DNA of 64,000 bases from Lama glama (taxonomy: Eukaryota): contig CM052816.1 of NCBI GenBank assembly GCA_028534125.1, positions 70,248,001 to 70,312,000 on the forward strand, in the 5' to 3' direction. Both the position numbers and the translations under genes were made by a program. Positions 25,795 through 39,284 of this stretch are shown in pieces (positions within the stretch are counted from its first letter, which is position 1; each line of letters begins with the position of its first letter). The notes below the pieces were generated by a model. That model was not told the DNA's origin, did no database searches, and saw nothing but the letters and a program-made list of their open reading frames with translations.

Positions 25795-26110
25795 AAACAG
25801 AAATATAATATGAGCCACATAAATAATTTTATATTTTCTAGTAACTGCATTAAAATGTTAAAAAGAAACAAGTTTGAGTAATTTAAATATTTTACTTAAT
25901 TTTAATACTTTAAACATTGTATTTATGCCAAATGTTATAATTTTAATATATAATCAATATAAAACAATTTAATGAGCTATTTTACATTTTTTTTCATGTT
26001 AAGTCTTCATAGTCAGTGTGTACTGGATACTTCCTGTACATCTCAACTTGGATAAGCCAGATTTCAAGTGTTCAATGGCCGCACGTAGCCAGTAGCTACC
26101 ATATAGTCTG
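25795..26110. mobile_element. MER33-like hAT-Charlie element
   Basis: 'agaaatataatatgagccacata...tttcaagtgttcaatggccgcacgtagccagtagctaccata'. Confidence 0.75.
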
Positions 26111-27019
26111 CACGAGTATCTACCCTTCATGTGGCATTGAGGTGTGTCTTGTATTTGAAGTATTCATGTAGGTGCTACAGATGTGTTATTAAACTGTGGA
26201 CTTTTTGCGGACATGATCTCTGTATGATTTGTCTTTGTTTCTTTCACAATGCACAGCACTTCACTTTGCATGTCCTGGGCACTCACTTAGTGGATTGAAC
26301 AATTTAATATACTAGCAAAAGAACACACAAACAAATGAATATAAGAAATGGAAACTCTGAAGGGCCAGTTTCTTTAAAATTTGGGAAAAATCATTTTACT
26401 CAATATAGTCATATAGTCTCTTAGTACTGGGCTTCTTCTACTTAGTGTTTACCCAGCACCTCCTGTAGGTGAGGCATGTACTGAGTGCTGCAAGGCCCCC
26501 CATGTTGAATAAAGATACAGTTCTTGCTCTGAGTTACCTTAGTTGCAGTGGCCCCTAAGTTAGGGATAAATTACAGTGTGCTGTGTACCAACTTTGAAAA
26601 AAGAGACATAACTCATCATGCTGTCCAGTAATCTAGGGTCTTGCATACCTAAACAGGTAAATACATTTGCCTAGAAACTTGCCATTTTAATTATGTCAAA
26701 CAACTTTTATAAAAGATGTGTTATTTTTCCATATCCTGTCATTTTAGCGACAAATAAAATGAGGGAATATTTTAAATTCACATTACTGACTTGCAGTAAG
26801 TTATCCCTGAGGAAATTAAGAACTTAATATTATTTTGTGCTTCAGGGGGAAAAATTAACTCTGAGTCCAATAAATATATCAAGATCTAATCCAATTCAAT
26901 GGCATGGGCATGTGAATTCCCTGGGTGAGTTTCAAAATCCATGTTCTGGCCCTGAATACTTGGTTATGTCTTTGGGCTTTTAGTCAGTAAAAAAAAAACA
27001 AAAACAAAAACAGAAAACA

Positions 27020-27225
27020 GTTTGCTTGACTGATGCTTTTCCTGAATTGGGAGTTCTTTGAGGGTCAAGAGTATCAGTGTGTCTATATGTCTGCCTATCT
27101 ATCTATCTACCTACCTATCTACCTACTTACCTACTTACACCTATCCATCTGTCTATCCAATTGTGCACCTAGTACAATTCCTGGCACATATTTGGAATTC
27201 AGCAAATGTCTGTTGAGTGAATAAT
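27020..27225 (+). mobile_element. L2 3' end with an internal (CTAT/CTAC)n microsatellite
   Basis: 'gttctttgagggtcaaga...gcacctagtacaattcctggcacatatttggaattcagcaaatgtctgttgagtgaat'. Confidence 0.7.
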
Positions 27226-29024
27226 GCATAGTAAATCCATGATGATTTTCATTTGTGATTCACTACATGGATATTCTGAGATTAGTAGTCTGAGGAGAAA
27301 AGGTGAATGACTAGGGTTGTGTACTCTATATACTCTCTTTTTCATGACTAACTGTGTTCACAGATTTGTGGTGTACTTTCCTATAATGTTTTTATTTCCT
27401 CACACCTTTTCCCCTTCATATGACTCACATTGTTACAACCCTTACATATTAATCATTTCGAAACCACAGTGCTCTGAATCACAGATGGATCCCGGGTTAT
27501 AATGAAATACATCCACTAGGTAATGAGAGCACTTCTAGGAAACATGTTAGTGCCACGTGGCTCTTTTGATAAGGTTCCAGGCTACCAACCTGAGTTCATG
27601 TAGAGGAAAGCACTGGAATTGATCTTAGTATTCCTGTAGGGAACTGAGAAGCACAAGAGTGGTTATGAATACTGGCAGAGTCTCTCAAGGCTATTGTGTG
27701 AGTGTGAATATACTGCCCTTTACACTTATCTCAACCACTTTATGCTTTTTATAATTAAAGGGTATATGAGTGAGAAGTGAGTTTTTACACCACAACTCTG
27801 CAGTGGACATCAGACTGGCTTCTTTTTCCTGCTCCAGATTCATTTGCATGTCATTAGGAGCTGAACTTCTGTGGTTTGTTTCAAGATGTAGAACTTGGTT
27901 GTCAAAGTCTCTTAGTCCAGGAGTCTTTAATCTTCCTATCTAACCATCTTAACATGGGTTATGTTTGTTTTCATAAATATTCTAGGGAGAGAGTGGAAGC
28001 AGTTTGGGCTCCATGAGAAAGAAATATGTTGAATAACTGAATGGATTATTGGAAGGCTAGAGTGAGTGCTTTCTTGGTTGTGAAATCAAAGGCTGTATAA
28101 TCTCCAGTGATGTGTAATTGTCATGATGTTCTGCTCACAGACTGGGGGGTGGGGGGGTTACACATTGCATCAACCTCAAATTTTAAGACATTCTACATCT
28201 TTTATGTTATTACTCATCACTAATATCTCAGTACTTTCATTTTTCACAGTTCAAGAGAATTTGCTTTTAACTTTTTTTAAAAATGTAATACAGGAGCCAA
28301 TTCTTTGGAAACATTTAAAATTTCTTTTGGGACTATAAAGCTCTACAGGATCTCAATTTCCTCTTGAGCCAATTTGGTAAAATAACATATGTTGCCAGAG
28401 TATTGAAAATTGGGACTCATAGCTTATAATCAAAGCAACATTATCATTCCACATGCTCCCATCCAAACCCGTTCTGTGGATCTGGTTCTTCCCTGCTCCT
28501 GGCCCCATATTTTTCCCACTCACTCTTAGAAATCTTTTCCCTTTCAGTTACAAGAAGAGTTTCATTTTGGAATGAGTATATCATGCCTGCTGTAATAATT
28601 AAAAGACATACAACTATTGGGCCTCAGTCCAAATTAAAATTTAGTTTCCCTTGACTTGGGCCTGCCTCAGTCAGCTTGCAGGACGCAGGGAGGGCTGATG
28701 TCTTTTCTAGTTCCCTTGCCTTGTTCCTCCCTTTCTCCACTCCCATTTCCCCATGTGGTTTTGACTCCTGCCAGCGGAGGAGAAATGGGGCATGAGCGTC
28801 CTACTGGTAGGACACAGCAGCAATCTGGCCCTGAGTGCCTCTGGCTGAGGGAGTTGTTTAAATCAAATCTTTCATCCTTGGGGTACTTTGTAGGCTTTCC
28901 AGAGATGTCACTGCAGGGCCCCCTGGTATACCTCTCTTGACCCAGGCAGAATCTTGCCTTCAGTTGGTCACATGACCTCTTAAATCTCTTTCTTTCCTTG
29001 GCAGGTAATCTCTTACGTGGTGTT

Positions 29025-29447
29025 TGTTGTGGGTTGACTTGGGTCCTTCTAAAAGATATATTGAAGTCCCACCCACTGACACTTGTGAATATGACCTTAT
29101 TTGGAAATAAGATCCTTGGAAATGTAATTCTCTTAAGATGAGTTCGTTAGGATGGAACCTTATCCAGTATGACTGGTGTTGTTGTAAGAGGGGAAGACAG
29201 AGACACACAGGATGAACACCATGTGATGACAGAGGCAGAGATTAGAGTGATGCCACTGCAACTGAAATGCTAGGAACTGACAGGCAGAAGCTAGGAAGAA
29301 GTGAAGAAGGAGTCTGCTCGTAGACTACAGAGAGCATGGTCCTGCTGGTACCTTGATTTTAGACTTCTGGCCTCCAAAATTGGGAGAGAATAAATTTTTG
29401 TATTTTAAGCACCTACTTTGTTACAGCAGCTCTAGGAAACTAACACA
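29025..29447 (+). mobile_element. MaLR solo LTR (MLT1C-like)
   Basis: TG...CA ends; 'tgttgtgggttga...gtgaatatgaccttatttggaaataag...ccttgattttagacttctggcctcca...gttacagcagctctaggaaactaacaca'. Confidence 0.85.
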
Positions 29448-29839
29448 GACAGAATCCCTTTTGAGATGACTCCATCAGGAGTTTCTGAATGCAGTTTTCC
29501 CAGTTTTTCTCACATCTTTACCATTGGTAAGAAAGGATTAGCTTTCCAACTTTGTTTTCTGGGTGAGTTGGATAGCAGTCTGTTGTGTGTCCTAGACTGC
29601 CCAGGACACACTTACCCTGTGCCGGGAGGAGGAACTGCCAGTGAGCCGACACCCTTTAATTTCCAAAAGCCTCAACCCCTTCACAGCCTCTCTTGGATAG
29701 CAGGTGCATGTAAGAAACACATGACAGGGTCTGCACAGGTCATTTAGTGTCTCACTTTGGAGATTGGGAGTATTTGCACCTGTTCTTTTAGTGTCTACCT
29801 TTTGGAGCCTCCACCAAAACTGAAATGGAAATGTCCCAC

Positions 29840-31015
29840 TTAAATATTCTGATTTAAGTCTAAATAATCTTCTGTTAGGTTTTTAAGTTTATTGATGTTA
29901 AGTTGCACAGAATAGTTTTTTTTAATTAAAAAAACCATCTCTCTATTTGTAGTTACGTTCACTTTCTGGTTCTTAAGTTGCTTATGTTTGGTTCTCTCTT
30001 TTTTTTCGTGGTCAGACTTGCTAACCTTTATTTTGTAGTCTGTATTAGTCTTTTTAAAAAAAATCAGCTTTTGATTTTATTGATAATTCTACCAATATTT
30101 GTTATTATCAATTTCATCCATTTTTTTGTTTTAATTTTTATTAATTCCTAAATTCTTTTTTGGTTTATTTGGTTGTTGCTTAACTTCTACAGGTGGAGAC
30201 TTGGTTTTTATGAGAGTTTTTTTTTCTAAGTGTACTTTTTTCCTGAGTGTCAGTTTGGCCATGTAGCAGAGATGCCCATCCAGTTGTCATCTGCTCTGCC
30301 TTTTCCTATTTCCTGCTTCCTAAGAGGACCTTGCATTTGCTTAGGAATCCTCCCTACACTTACATATGTAGAGCTGTTAAGTTACTTCTTTTCTAAATAG
30401 TTTCCAACTTCCGTTTGACCCCTTCCTTAACCCAAACGTTATACAGAAGACTTTGGTTTTTGTGGCTGATGCTCAGGAACCACTGCTGGCCTTTTCTTGT
30501 TACCTTTTGGGTTGCTGACCTTTTGATGTTAACTTTTAAATTTTAATTGGATTTTATTTTATTGGATTTCAATAACATTTTATTAGAGTTTAATCAGGTA
30601 GTATGGTCTGTATGACTTCTGCTTTGAAAATTTGTCAACGTTTCCTTTATTTCCTAATACATGGTAAATTTTTGGTGAATGTTTCATGTGTTGTTTATTT
30701 GTTGGTTACAAAGTTGTAAAACAACTTATAGATTAAGCAGTTTGTGTATTATAAATTCTCTATGCCATAATTTGTTCATTTTTAAAGATACATGTGTTAA
30801 TATCTCACTGTGATTGTGGACTGGTCAATTTTTCTTTGTATTTTTATAAGACTTTGATGTTATAGTTAAGTTGTTAGTAGCAGGAATATCCATGACCCTA
30901 ATAAAATTTTAATAGATTTTAGTTTTCATTAATATGAAATATCCATTTTTGTCCTCTTTAGTAATTATTATCCTGAATTCTATTTTATCTTATATTAGTT
31001 ACTGTATATGCTATT
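29840..31015 (-). mobile_element. Old L1M ORF2 fragments
   Basis: T-rich antisense L1 motifs ('aaatcagcttttgattttattgat', 'tatctcactgtgattgtgga', 'atatgaaatatccattttt'). Confidence 0.6.
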
Positions 31016-31019
31016 TAAA

Positions 31020-31920
31020 ATTTTTTTGTTGAGGTCACAACAGTTAATATGAGCTCTACCATCTTAACAAATTTTTCAGCAAAGGAAACAATCAGCAGAG
31101 TGTAAAAGCAGCCTATGAAATGGGAGAAAATATTTGCAAATCATTTATCTGATAGGGAATTACTCTATAGATTATACAAGGTATTCTTACAAATCAATAA
31201 CAACAACAAAACCCCCCCTCCAATAACCTGGTTAAAAAATGGACTAAAGACTTGAACAGACATTTCTCTAAAGCCATAATACAAGTGGACAACAGGTATA
31301 TGACAAAATGTTTAATGTCAGTAGTCAGGAAAATACAAATCAAAACTACAGTGAGATCACTTCACACCTGTCTGGATGGCTATTATCAGAAAGCAAAAGC
31401 AACAGTAATCAAAACAGCATGACACTGGCACAAAAAGAGACACAGAGATCACTGGAACAGAATAGAGAGCCCAGAAATAAAACCACACCCTGATGGCCAA
31501 TTAATCTATGATAAAGGAGGAAAGAATATACAATGGAGAAAAGACAATCCCTTCAGTAAGAGATGCTGGGAAAACTGGACAGCTACATGTAAAAGAATGA
31601 AATTAGAACATTCTCTAACACCATATACAAAAATAAACTTAAAATGGATTAAAGACCTAAATGTAAGACTGGATACTATAAACCTCTAGGAAAGCATAGA
31701 TGGAACACTCTTTGACATAAATTGCAGCAATATGTTTTTGGATCAATCTCCTAAAGTAAAAGGAAGTAAAAGGAAAAACAAACAAATGGTACCTAATTAG
31801 ACTTAAAAGCTTTTTGTACAGCAAACAAAACAAAACAAAAATTTTAAATGAGTGAAAATACCAAGTGTTGAAGAGGTTGTGGGAAAGCTGTAATTTAGTT
31901 CATTGCTGAAAGGATCATAG
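31020..31920 (+). mobile_element. Composite or rearranged L1 ORF2 3' fragments
   Basis: Minus-strand L1 tail 31020-31076; plus-strand 'cagcaaaggaaacaatc...aaatgggagaaaatatttgcaaatc' 31077-31398; plus-strand 'acagtaatcaaaacagcatgacactggc...aatagagagcccagaaataaa' 31400-31840. Confidence 0.85.
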
Positions 31921-32069
31921 ATGTGTACAGTCTTGTAGTTAGATTGGTACAAACTTTAAAAATTTTTGGTTATTTCCGTTAATCTAAAATGTAAGTAACT
32001 TATTACCTAAGGGGACCGGGAACTCTGCTAAAAATTGATCTCATAGAAATAACATGTTGACTATTTAAA

Positions 32070-32205
32070 GACAGCCTTCCTTTCTTTCAGCAAATGTTTT
32101 TTGAATGCCTATTAAGTGTCAGGTATGTTCTATGCACTTGAGATATGTCATTGAACAAAACAAAAATCCTTACTCTTGTGGAATATACATTCCTGTGAGA
32201 GGAAT
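32070..32205 (-). mobile_element. L2 3' end
   Basis: 'ttcagcaaatgttttttgaatgcctattaagtgtcaggtatgttcta...gaacaaaacaaaaatcc'. Confidence 0.7.
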
Positions 32206-33544
32206 CCTCTAAATTTAAGCAATTGTTTCTGAACTATTCTCAGTTTTCATCTCTAGGCTGTGCTATTACTTGGACAGGAAGGCATCTGTAAGTAGCCAAA
32301 ACCAAAGATGTTAATGATGCTGATTCATGTAAATGTAAAATAAATATTTAAAAGACCACCAGAAATATTTAAGATATCTTCATCTTATGTGATTTATTTC
32401 AGATTCAGTATATTTAATTTAATATGATATTTAACTTATACATCAAATCTTATCATAAAATAGTTATTCCAATTAATTGTCTTCTTTCATCTTATGGAAT
32501 GATGAATATCATTTAATATCTTAGCAACTGATATTAATTTAATATATTAACATTAAGTGATACTCATTTTATATTTTCAATCTTATTAATATTTTTGTAT
32601 TTTCAGCCCCTTATGAAAAAAAATATGCTATCTGATGGTCTTAATAGTTTTTAACTGTATATCTTTCTCTTTTATCACCACATAGATATGTTTTGATTAT
32701 GATGTATAATTAAATTACTAGAGTTATTTCTGATTTTTATGAATTATTCTTATTCAATTATTCCTTAAAACTGAACAGTGAAGTTTGATGTATAAACACA
32801 TGTATTTATAATGTTCTTCAAATAATAAATAACTTATGATTTAGTCACTTAAAACATTGCCTTTTTATAAATTAACTAATGAAAAAAGGCATATTGATTA
32901 ATGTTTTTTATAACACATTGTAAATGGATGTATTTATTATATTAGATTTATACCATAATAATGACTTTACTGCTATTAGTAATCTATAATATTTTCTCCA
33001 TAAATTTATTTCTCCATAACTTCATAGTTTATAGAACTTATATTAACATGTTTATTTTAACTTAAAAATAAAGTTAGGTTTTTATCCTGATAGAAAATAA
33101 TCTGACTTATCCAAATGATTTGACAACCATTACTGGCTTTGCCAATTAAGTTATGTAATGGAGACCTTCCATATAAATGATATGATGAAAATGGTCAGCT
33201 TCAAGCATATAGCAAGCATAAAGCACATAAAATAAAAATAATTCTATTTTAAAAGTTATTTTGGAAAAAATATAATAAAATGAACAGTAATTCAGTTTTT
33301 CAATCCTTTCTGAGCGTATCATGTTACAACAGGCCTGTAACTGAAAGGGTAACAGATATAGTTAATCATACTTGATAATTTGCTTATGTGAAACTGAATG
33401 ACAAGTGTGTAGGTAATAGATTTTGCAAGTCAGGTGGTTTATAATTCTTTGCTTTCAGCAAAATTTCAGGATTTCTTAATTAGGCTGTCAGCTGATAGAT
33501 CAAAATAATTTTGGGGAGTGATCACTGTGAGATATTTGGCATTG

Positions 33545-33743
33545 CTAATAATTTAATATTTTAGTTTTTGTTTATTTAGAAAGGCATTAAACAGCAAATA
33601 AGGCTACTTATTTGTGAGGTCTCAGGAGAAAAGAAAAGAGTTTGTATATTATTATCTTTATCAGCACTTTTCCCATGGTTTTAACCAAAGGGCCCTGCAT
33701 TTTCATTTTGCACTGGGCCCTGCAAATTATGTAGCTGATCCTG
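33545..33743 (+). mobile_element. MER45-family (hAT-Tip100) 3' end
   Basis: 'gggccctgcattttcattttgcactgggccctgcaaattatgtagctgatcctg'; upstream resembles 63880-64000. Confidence 0.8.
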
Positions 33744-34204
33744 CTCCTGCTTTTATTTGGAGCCAACAAGTAAGCTTAACATAGGCCTGTCTTGAGGAGT
33801 GGGTGGAGATGGGGAAGTGGGGGTAAACCAGCAGAAGCTCCAAGTTGCATGGTTGTCTGGCTGTTTTTCCAGTGACTGAGAGGCAAGTTCAGTGCATGGT
33901 GGAGAACTAGACCCTTGACTCCAGGCCACGTTCTCCAGTCCATCTGTACCAGTAACATGGTGACAGTTTGATGACCATCTGACTCTGGTGTTTCCTTCTG
34001 AAATGGAAATAGAGTAAAATTTCAGCAGAGATTGCCTTGTCTCTCAAATAGACTTCAAAGTCTGAGGATATGTTTGTCATTAAATAATTTATTAGTAAAC
34101 AATACAATAACAATCCTAATCTTTTGAAAGAACTTTCATAGTTGCCAATACTAGACTCAGGGGACAGATTTTAGTAGGAAGATAAGGGAATTTCTTGCTG
34201 GAAT

Positions 34205-34420
34205 GGTTCAGGGACCCTAGAGCCACACAGTGTAGTAGTTGAAATTGAATATGAGGTTTTGGAAACAGCCCCAACTGAAGTGGATCTGCCCCTTCGCAAA
34301 TTATATAACTGAACACTGTTTCCTTCATGTCTGTTTTGAGGATGAAAAGAAGTGATATATGGGAAAGCCTTAGAACAGGATGTGCTAACAGAAGTTCTCA
34401 ATAAATAAATGTTAATTTAT
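34205..34420 (+). mobile_element. MIR SINE
   Basis: 'cagtgtagtagttgaa...ggttttggaaacag...tgtttccttcatg...gggaaagccttagaacagg...ctcaataaat'. Confidence 0.6.
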
Positions 34421-35789
34421 TGTCTTTGCTAAGATTTGGGAGTAGTTTCACACAGGAAGGGCTGTGATTCCTGGGCTGTTTTCCACCCCCCTGTTATACT
34501 CTCTACTCCTATTATTCCCTGTGCTTTTGCTCTCCCCCCTCCCCTGATGACGCCATTCATTAAGAACATAGAGTCATTCCTTCAAGTAACCAATGTGTTA
34601 AACAAAATGTCTCTATTTTTATCAAGATAAAATAAAATTGAGTTAAACTATGTTTAGTCCTAATTTCTGATTAACAGCTTCTTAAATATAAATTCTAAAC
34701 AGTGGTAAGGAATCATTTTTCTGGGAGAGAACACGAAGACCAGTAAAACAGTGCTAATTCTGAGGGATGACAGTGATCCAGTGTTCACACTGGTACTGTG
34801 CCCATATCAGATGATTGTGTCTGTAATTGGAGAGAAATTATCTTGTGAATTTAAGTCAAGTTATCCTATGAATTCAATTATAGTGGACAATTAATTTTAA
34901 TAACCCAGGCTTTTGAATCTTCCTTTCTCTCTTATAATAGAACAGTTTTGCCTGAATTATCAGGATATTGTTTACATTCTTTTTATTTCATTCTGTCATT
35001 CATTCTTCCATTCACTTGTTCATTTACCCAATATTTATTGAGCAGTGTTCCAGGGGAGGGCATTACCAGGCTGGGCTTAAAATAATGAATGGACCTGCTT
35101 CCTGCTCTCAACTGCTTACAGTCCATCACATGACATTTAACTCTCTCTTTAGCTTCAAAATAATTTGAGAAACAGAGCTTAAATATTATTTCAACAACAT
35201 GAATTTAAGGTTAACAGAAGTTTAGTGATAGCAGTAGGAAATATCTGTGTTAATAATATAATTCAAGACTTTCAGTACATTGATTTTATTTATAGTTCAG
35301 TATTTAAATATAAAAAAATTAGTAAGGACTGAAATGAGCATTATTTACTCTGCTCTTGGGGTTTCACTAAAAACAGTTTGTGGTTCTTTAGAAAATGTGG
35401 AACAGGTTAATTTTATATGTAGAAAAAGCAAAACTTTCCTGTGCAATAAAAAGTATACAAATTCTATTGAGAGATTCAAAAATACTGTATCTCATATGTG
35501 GTCAAAGCCTTATCTCTGTTTATATGAATACACCTTTATATAGTAAGTCTATTTGAAATTGAAAATTAGATTCTTACCTGCTAAAAAAAAGAATGGAATC
35601 ATGAGCCATGATTGCTGTTGGGAGAATGCAGAAAAAATATTCAAATGACACATTTACATTTAGGCAACGTCCTGCCTCAGGTAAGATGAGTAAAAGGAAT
35701 GACTCTCAGACATTCTTCTAGTTTTGTTTCGTGATTATCAGTGCCCCTTTGTAGTATGTACATAGTGACATAGTGATTAATTTTCCTCC

Positions 35790-36900
35790 CATCAGTCTTT
35801 TCTTCCACAAATATTTGTTGAGTGACTACTTTGCTTGCCTGCAAGGAAGTTATATATATAGTCTAATGGCTGAGCAGCCTTACAATTTTAATGATATGTC
35901 ACTATATAGAAGGAGGTAGTGAGCATGAGGGCAACAGGTGGGATGTCATCTAACACAGTCAGAGTGATTTCTGGAAAGCTTCTTGGAATCCTAATTAAGT
36001 TAGCTGAATTTCAAAGATAGAAGTTAGCCAGGTGGATAAGGATATTGCCAGCTTCAAGGGCTGCAAGTGCAAAACATGGAGTTCTGTGAGAACTTTGTGG
36101 GTTTTGAGAACTAAAAGATTGAGCAGTGGCCACTTATTTCCCCTTGTTTCAGAAAGCACATTTTTCTGTTCATCACTTTATACATTGTGATGTCTAGAAA
36201 ATAAGAATTAGAGACCATTTTGTAATCACACAGTGACTAAAATAAACTTGGGGGAGAAAAAAAATCTCTTTGGCCTAAAATGATTTTGTTACATGTTTCA
36301 TATACTCAGAACTAGTGAAAAACTTTACCCTGATGTGATTGCTTCATATCTCTTTATTAAATGACTTATTCTGTATTGATACCATTTTTCTTAAGAAAAA
36401 CCTACTTTAGTCGCATATCATGCTTATGAAGCAATAGATTTATCAAATATTGCCATTACCTCATGGTAATGACTCACCATTCCAACCCCTGGACTTTACA
36501 TCCCCTTGAATGACTTCTGTTATTTATTTGTGGAAATTCCAGTGGGGTGGAATGCAATTTTTATCTCTACTTTCAATTCATGATTTTGCTCTTTAGTCAT
36601 ACTTCCTCAACGGGTACATACTGGTCACTTACTCTGTTTCAGGCACTGTGCCAGACACTGGGAATAAAACCATGAACAAGAAGACTCCGCTTTTAAGCAA
36701 CTGACAGTCTAATCTGTGTGTTTAGTAGTGGGGATGGGGCTGAAGGAGGAGTAGGATGAGTGGACAGTGAGGATACAGAAAGGTTGAAAGGCAGTTACAA
36801 TACAGCTGTAATGAGGAAGATGAGGGCGAACATGGGACGATGCCCAGGGTGCTTTGGGAGTACCCAGGAGAGAAGAGTAGCCTGGCTGAGGTAACTCACC
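35790..36900 (-). mobile_element. L2 fragments (~35790-36110 and ~36595-36900)
   Basis: 'ccacaaatatttgttgagtgactact'; 'caggcactgtgccagacactgggaataaaaccatgaacaaga'. Confidence 0.55.
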
Positions 36901-36989
36901 TCAGTGAAGCTGGGGAAGAATAGAGGAAAAGATATGATTACAAGCAACTTTAATGTTTAGAATCTATGGAAATTCACTGATAAAAGAAG

Positions 36990-37206
36990 TCCCAGAGGCA
37001 TGAGTGAGGTCTTGGATTTTCCTGTCTCATTCAATTCTCCAGACAATCACAGATGCTTGAGCGACTAAGAGACTAGATGAACCCAGCAGAAAGACCACTG
37101 CTATGTTCAGCCCCAGTTTGCAGAATCATGAGCAAATCGGTGGTTGTTTTTTTTAGATCACTATGTTTTGGGGTGGTTCATTACACAGTAATAGATAACA
37201 CAAACA
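36990..37206 (+). mobile_element. MaLR LTR 3' part (MLT1H/I/J-like)
   Basis: 'cagaatcatgagcaaat...cactatgttttggggtggttcattacacagtaatagataac'. Confidence 0.75.
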
Positions 37207-38748
37207 TCTGGGTTAATTATCCATCCAAGCATGAGTTCCTTCACAAACCCAGTCCTCCATGTCATTCACCTGGAAAATCTTTCACAAGGTGTGTCATTTT
37301 ACTATCCCTCTGGGAGCTCATGGCTTGGGGACAAAAAGATCTAATGGTTCTTTAGTGCCACTTTCCCAGTTTCAGCAAACACTCCTTGGCCTGAAACACT
37401 GGTGTAGAGGGAGCGCTTCAGAGGGTATAAAAGAGCCCATTCCAAGTTGCAGTTTTCCTCTTGGTTTTATTTAAATGCGGTTTGTTGTATTCCCACTAGA
37501 AAGGCCACAGACATACGAGAATGTCCCTGAATGATTGAAAAAATTGTGTTTGTTGTCAACAAGGAGGCATGCCTTCTCAGTGTGATAGAAGATTTATTTT
37601 TCCCCCTGTAGAGCAGTTAATGAGGAGTGTGCGAACAACCCTTAGAAACATCTCTAGTTCCATCTGAGGTATAAGTGGTAAAAGATGTCAAAGGAAGAAC
37701 CAAGCTTAGCTGGGATGGAGTGGAGAGCAGCCCATTCAAGAATCAATTTTGTATTAGAAGAGGAGCAACTTGGATTGTCTTATAATTTCCTACATCTGAA
37801 AGTGATTAACTTTCTTAAAGGAACTGAGATGTAGGTAAGGGTGGATCATGGGTTTGTCATCTTTCTCAGGAAGATCATTTAAAAAAGTTTCCTTAATTGT
37901 GTACCCCCAAATTATGAGTTGTCTTCAATCATATTTTGCAATAGCAAATGACAAGTTTTGCTGAGAGAGGCAGTCTTCACTCTGACAAGGTAGTTCTCCA
38001 GAGTCTTATTACACAATAAGAGATTACAGAATCAGCACTTATTCTGGAAATTTGCAACAGTTTGTGCTGAAGTGACCCTCCCTAAGCCTTGAGTATTTTG
38101 GCAAAGAGAATGAGATATAAAAGGCAAAACAGAGTTCAGCTATTTATTTCTTTATTAACTAAATGTAACCTAAACAGAATCCAAGGATGACTCCATAGCA
38201 GTGAACTAGTTTTGCTTTGCAATGATTTGATGAAATATTTGATCATATGATAATACTTGCCATTACATCATTGAAACTTGAGACAAATGTGAAAGGACAG
38301 TGTAGTGTTCTTATCACTTCTAAACGCTAGTATAAGATGACTTTGATACTGTGTTCTATTTACATGACTTACATAGTTAAATTTCTCTGGGAAAAAAATT
38401 TTATTACATACTGGACCTTATTCAGGGTGATTTCTGACTTAAAACTCTCCTGACAGAATCCTCAATAACATCGCCCCTTTGTTCTCCTGACACCGATCTA
38501 TTCAGCAAACCTCTAATCAACTGAGATATTTGCTGGTGTTCCTCCTACAACTTGGCTGCCAAAGGAAGTGATACAGTTGCACAAAATGGTACTACTAAAA
38601 GTTTGTAGATAATTTTCAGTTTAGTGAAACAAGTTTTTTTGACATCCTATGTCCTTTCTTGTAGTAACTCACCAAAAGAGCTATTTCAAATTGTTACCAT
38701 TCTTCTCAAGTCCAAGGCATACTGCTGTCTTTCTTTTAGCAAATGACC

Positions 38749-39184
38749 ATGTCAGACAGAATCTGTCAAGAAAGCAGAGACCATAGTAGGTATTTTGACA
38801 GAGGAAATTGACTGTAGGAGATGGTTACAGAGGAATTGGAAAGCTGGAAAAGCAGAAAGGAAATGTGAAGATAATACTGCAGAGATAATAACCGCAAAAA
38901 ACCAGCCACCATCTCTTGAGACCAGGAAAACAAAAGGGGAAAATGGGTATTGAACCTAGAAGCTTGTAGGAGGGGCTCTGTAGAGGTCAGACCTCTGAGG
39001 AGGGAATCTGACCTAGACGTTGGCGGTACCCCTAAAGAGATTCAGTGAGGCTAAGTGCCAAAAGAAGCTGGCAAAGAAATTTGGGTAATATATTTGCAGA
39101 GTCTCAGTGCCAGCACCATAGAACACAGGATGGAAGATATATTTGGAGAGACAATGGCCAAATAACTAGTATAGTCCACCCTTT
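38749..39184 (-). mobile_element. ERVL-class LTR with adjacent polypurine tract
   Basis: Minus strand reads aaagggtggac|tatactagttatt (PPT then LTR start); LTR-like purine-rich body. Confidence 0.55.
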
Positions 39185-39284
39185 CCTCCATGTCTTTGCC
39201 TGGGTTCTTAAAAAAGCAGACCTTGAGACAAAGGTTTATGTGTTACTATGTAATTGAGTAGCAGGGAGGCAGGAGTTAGGGAAA

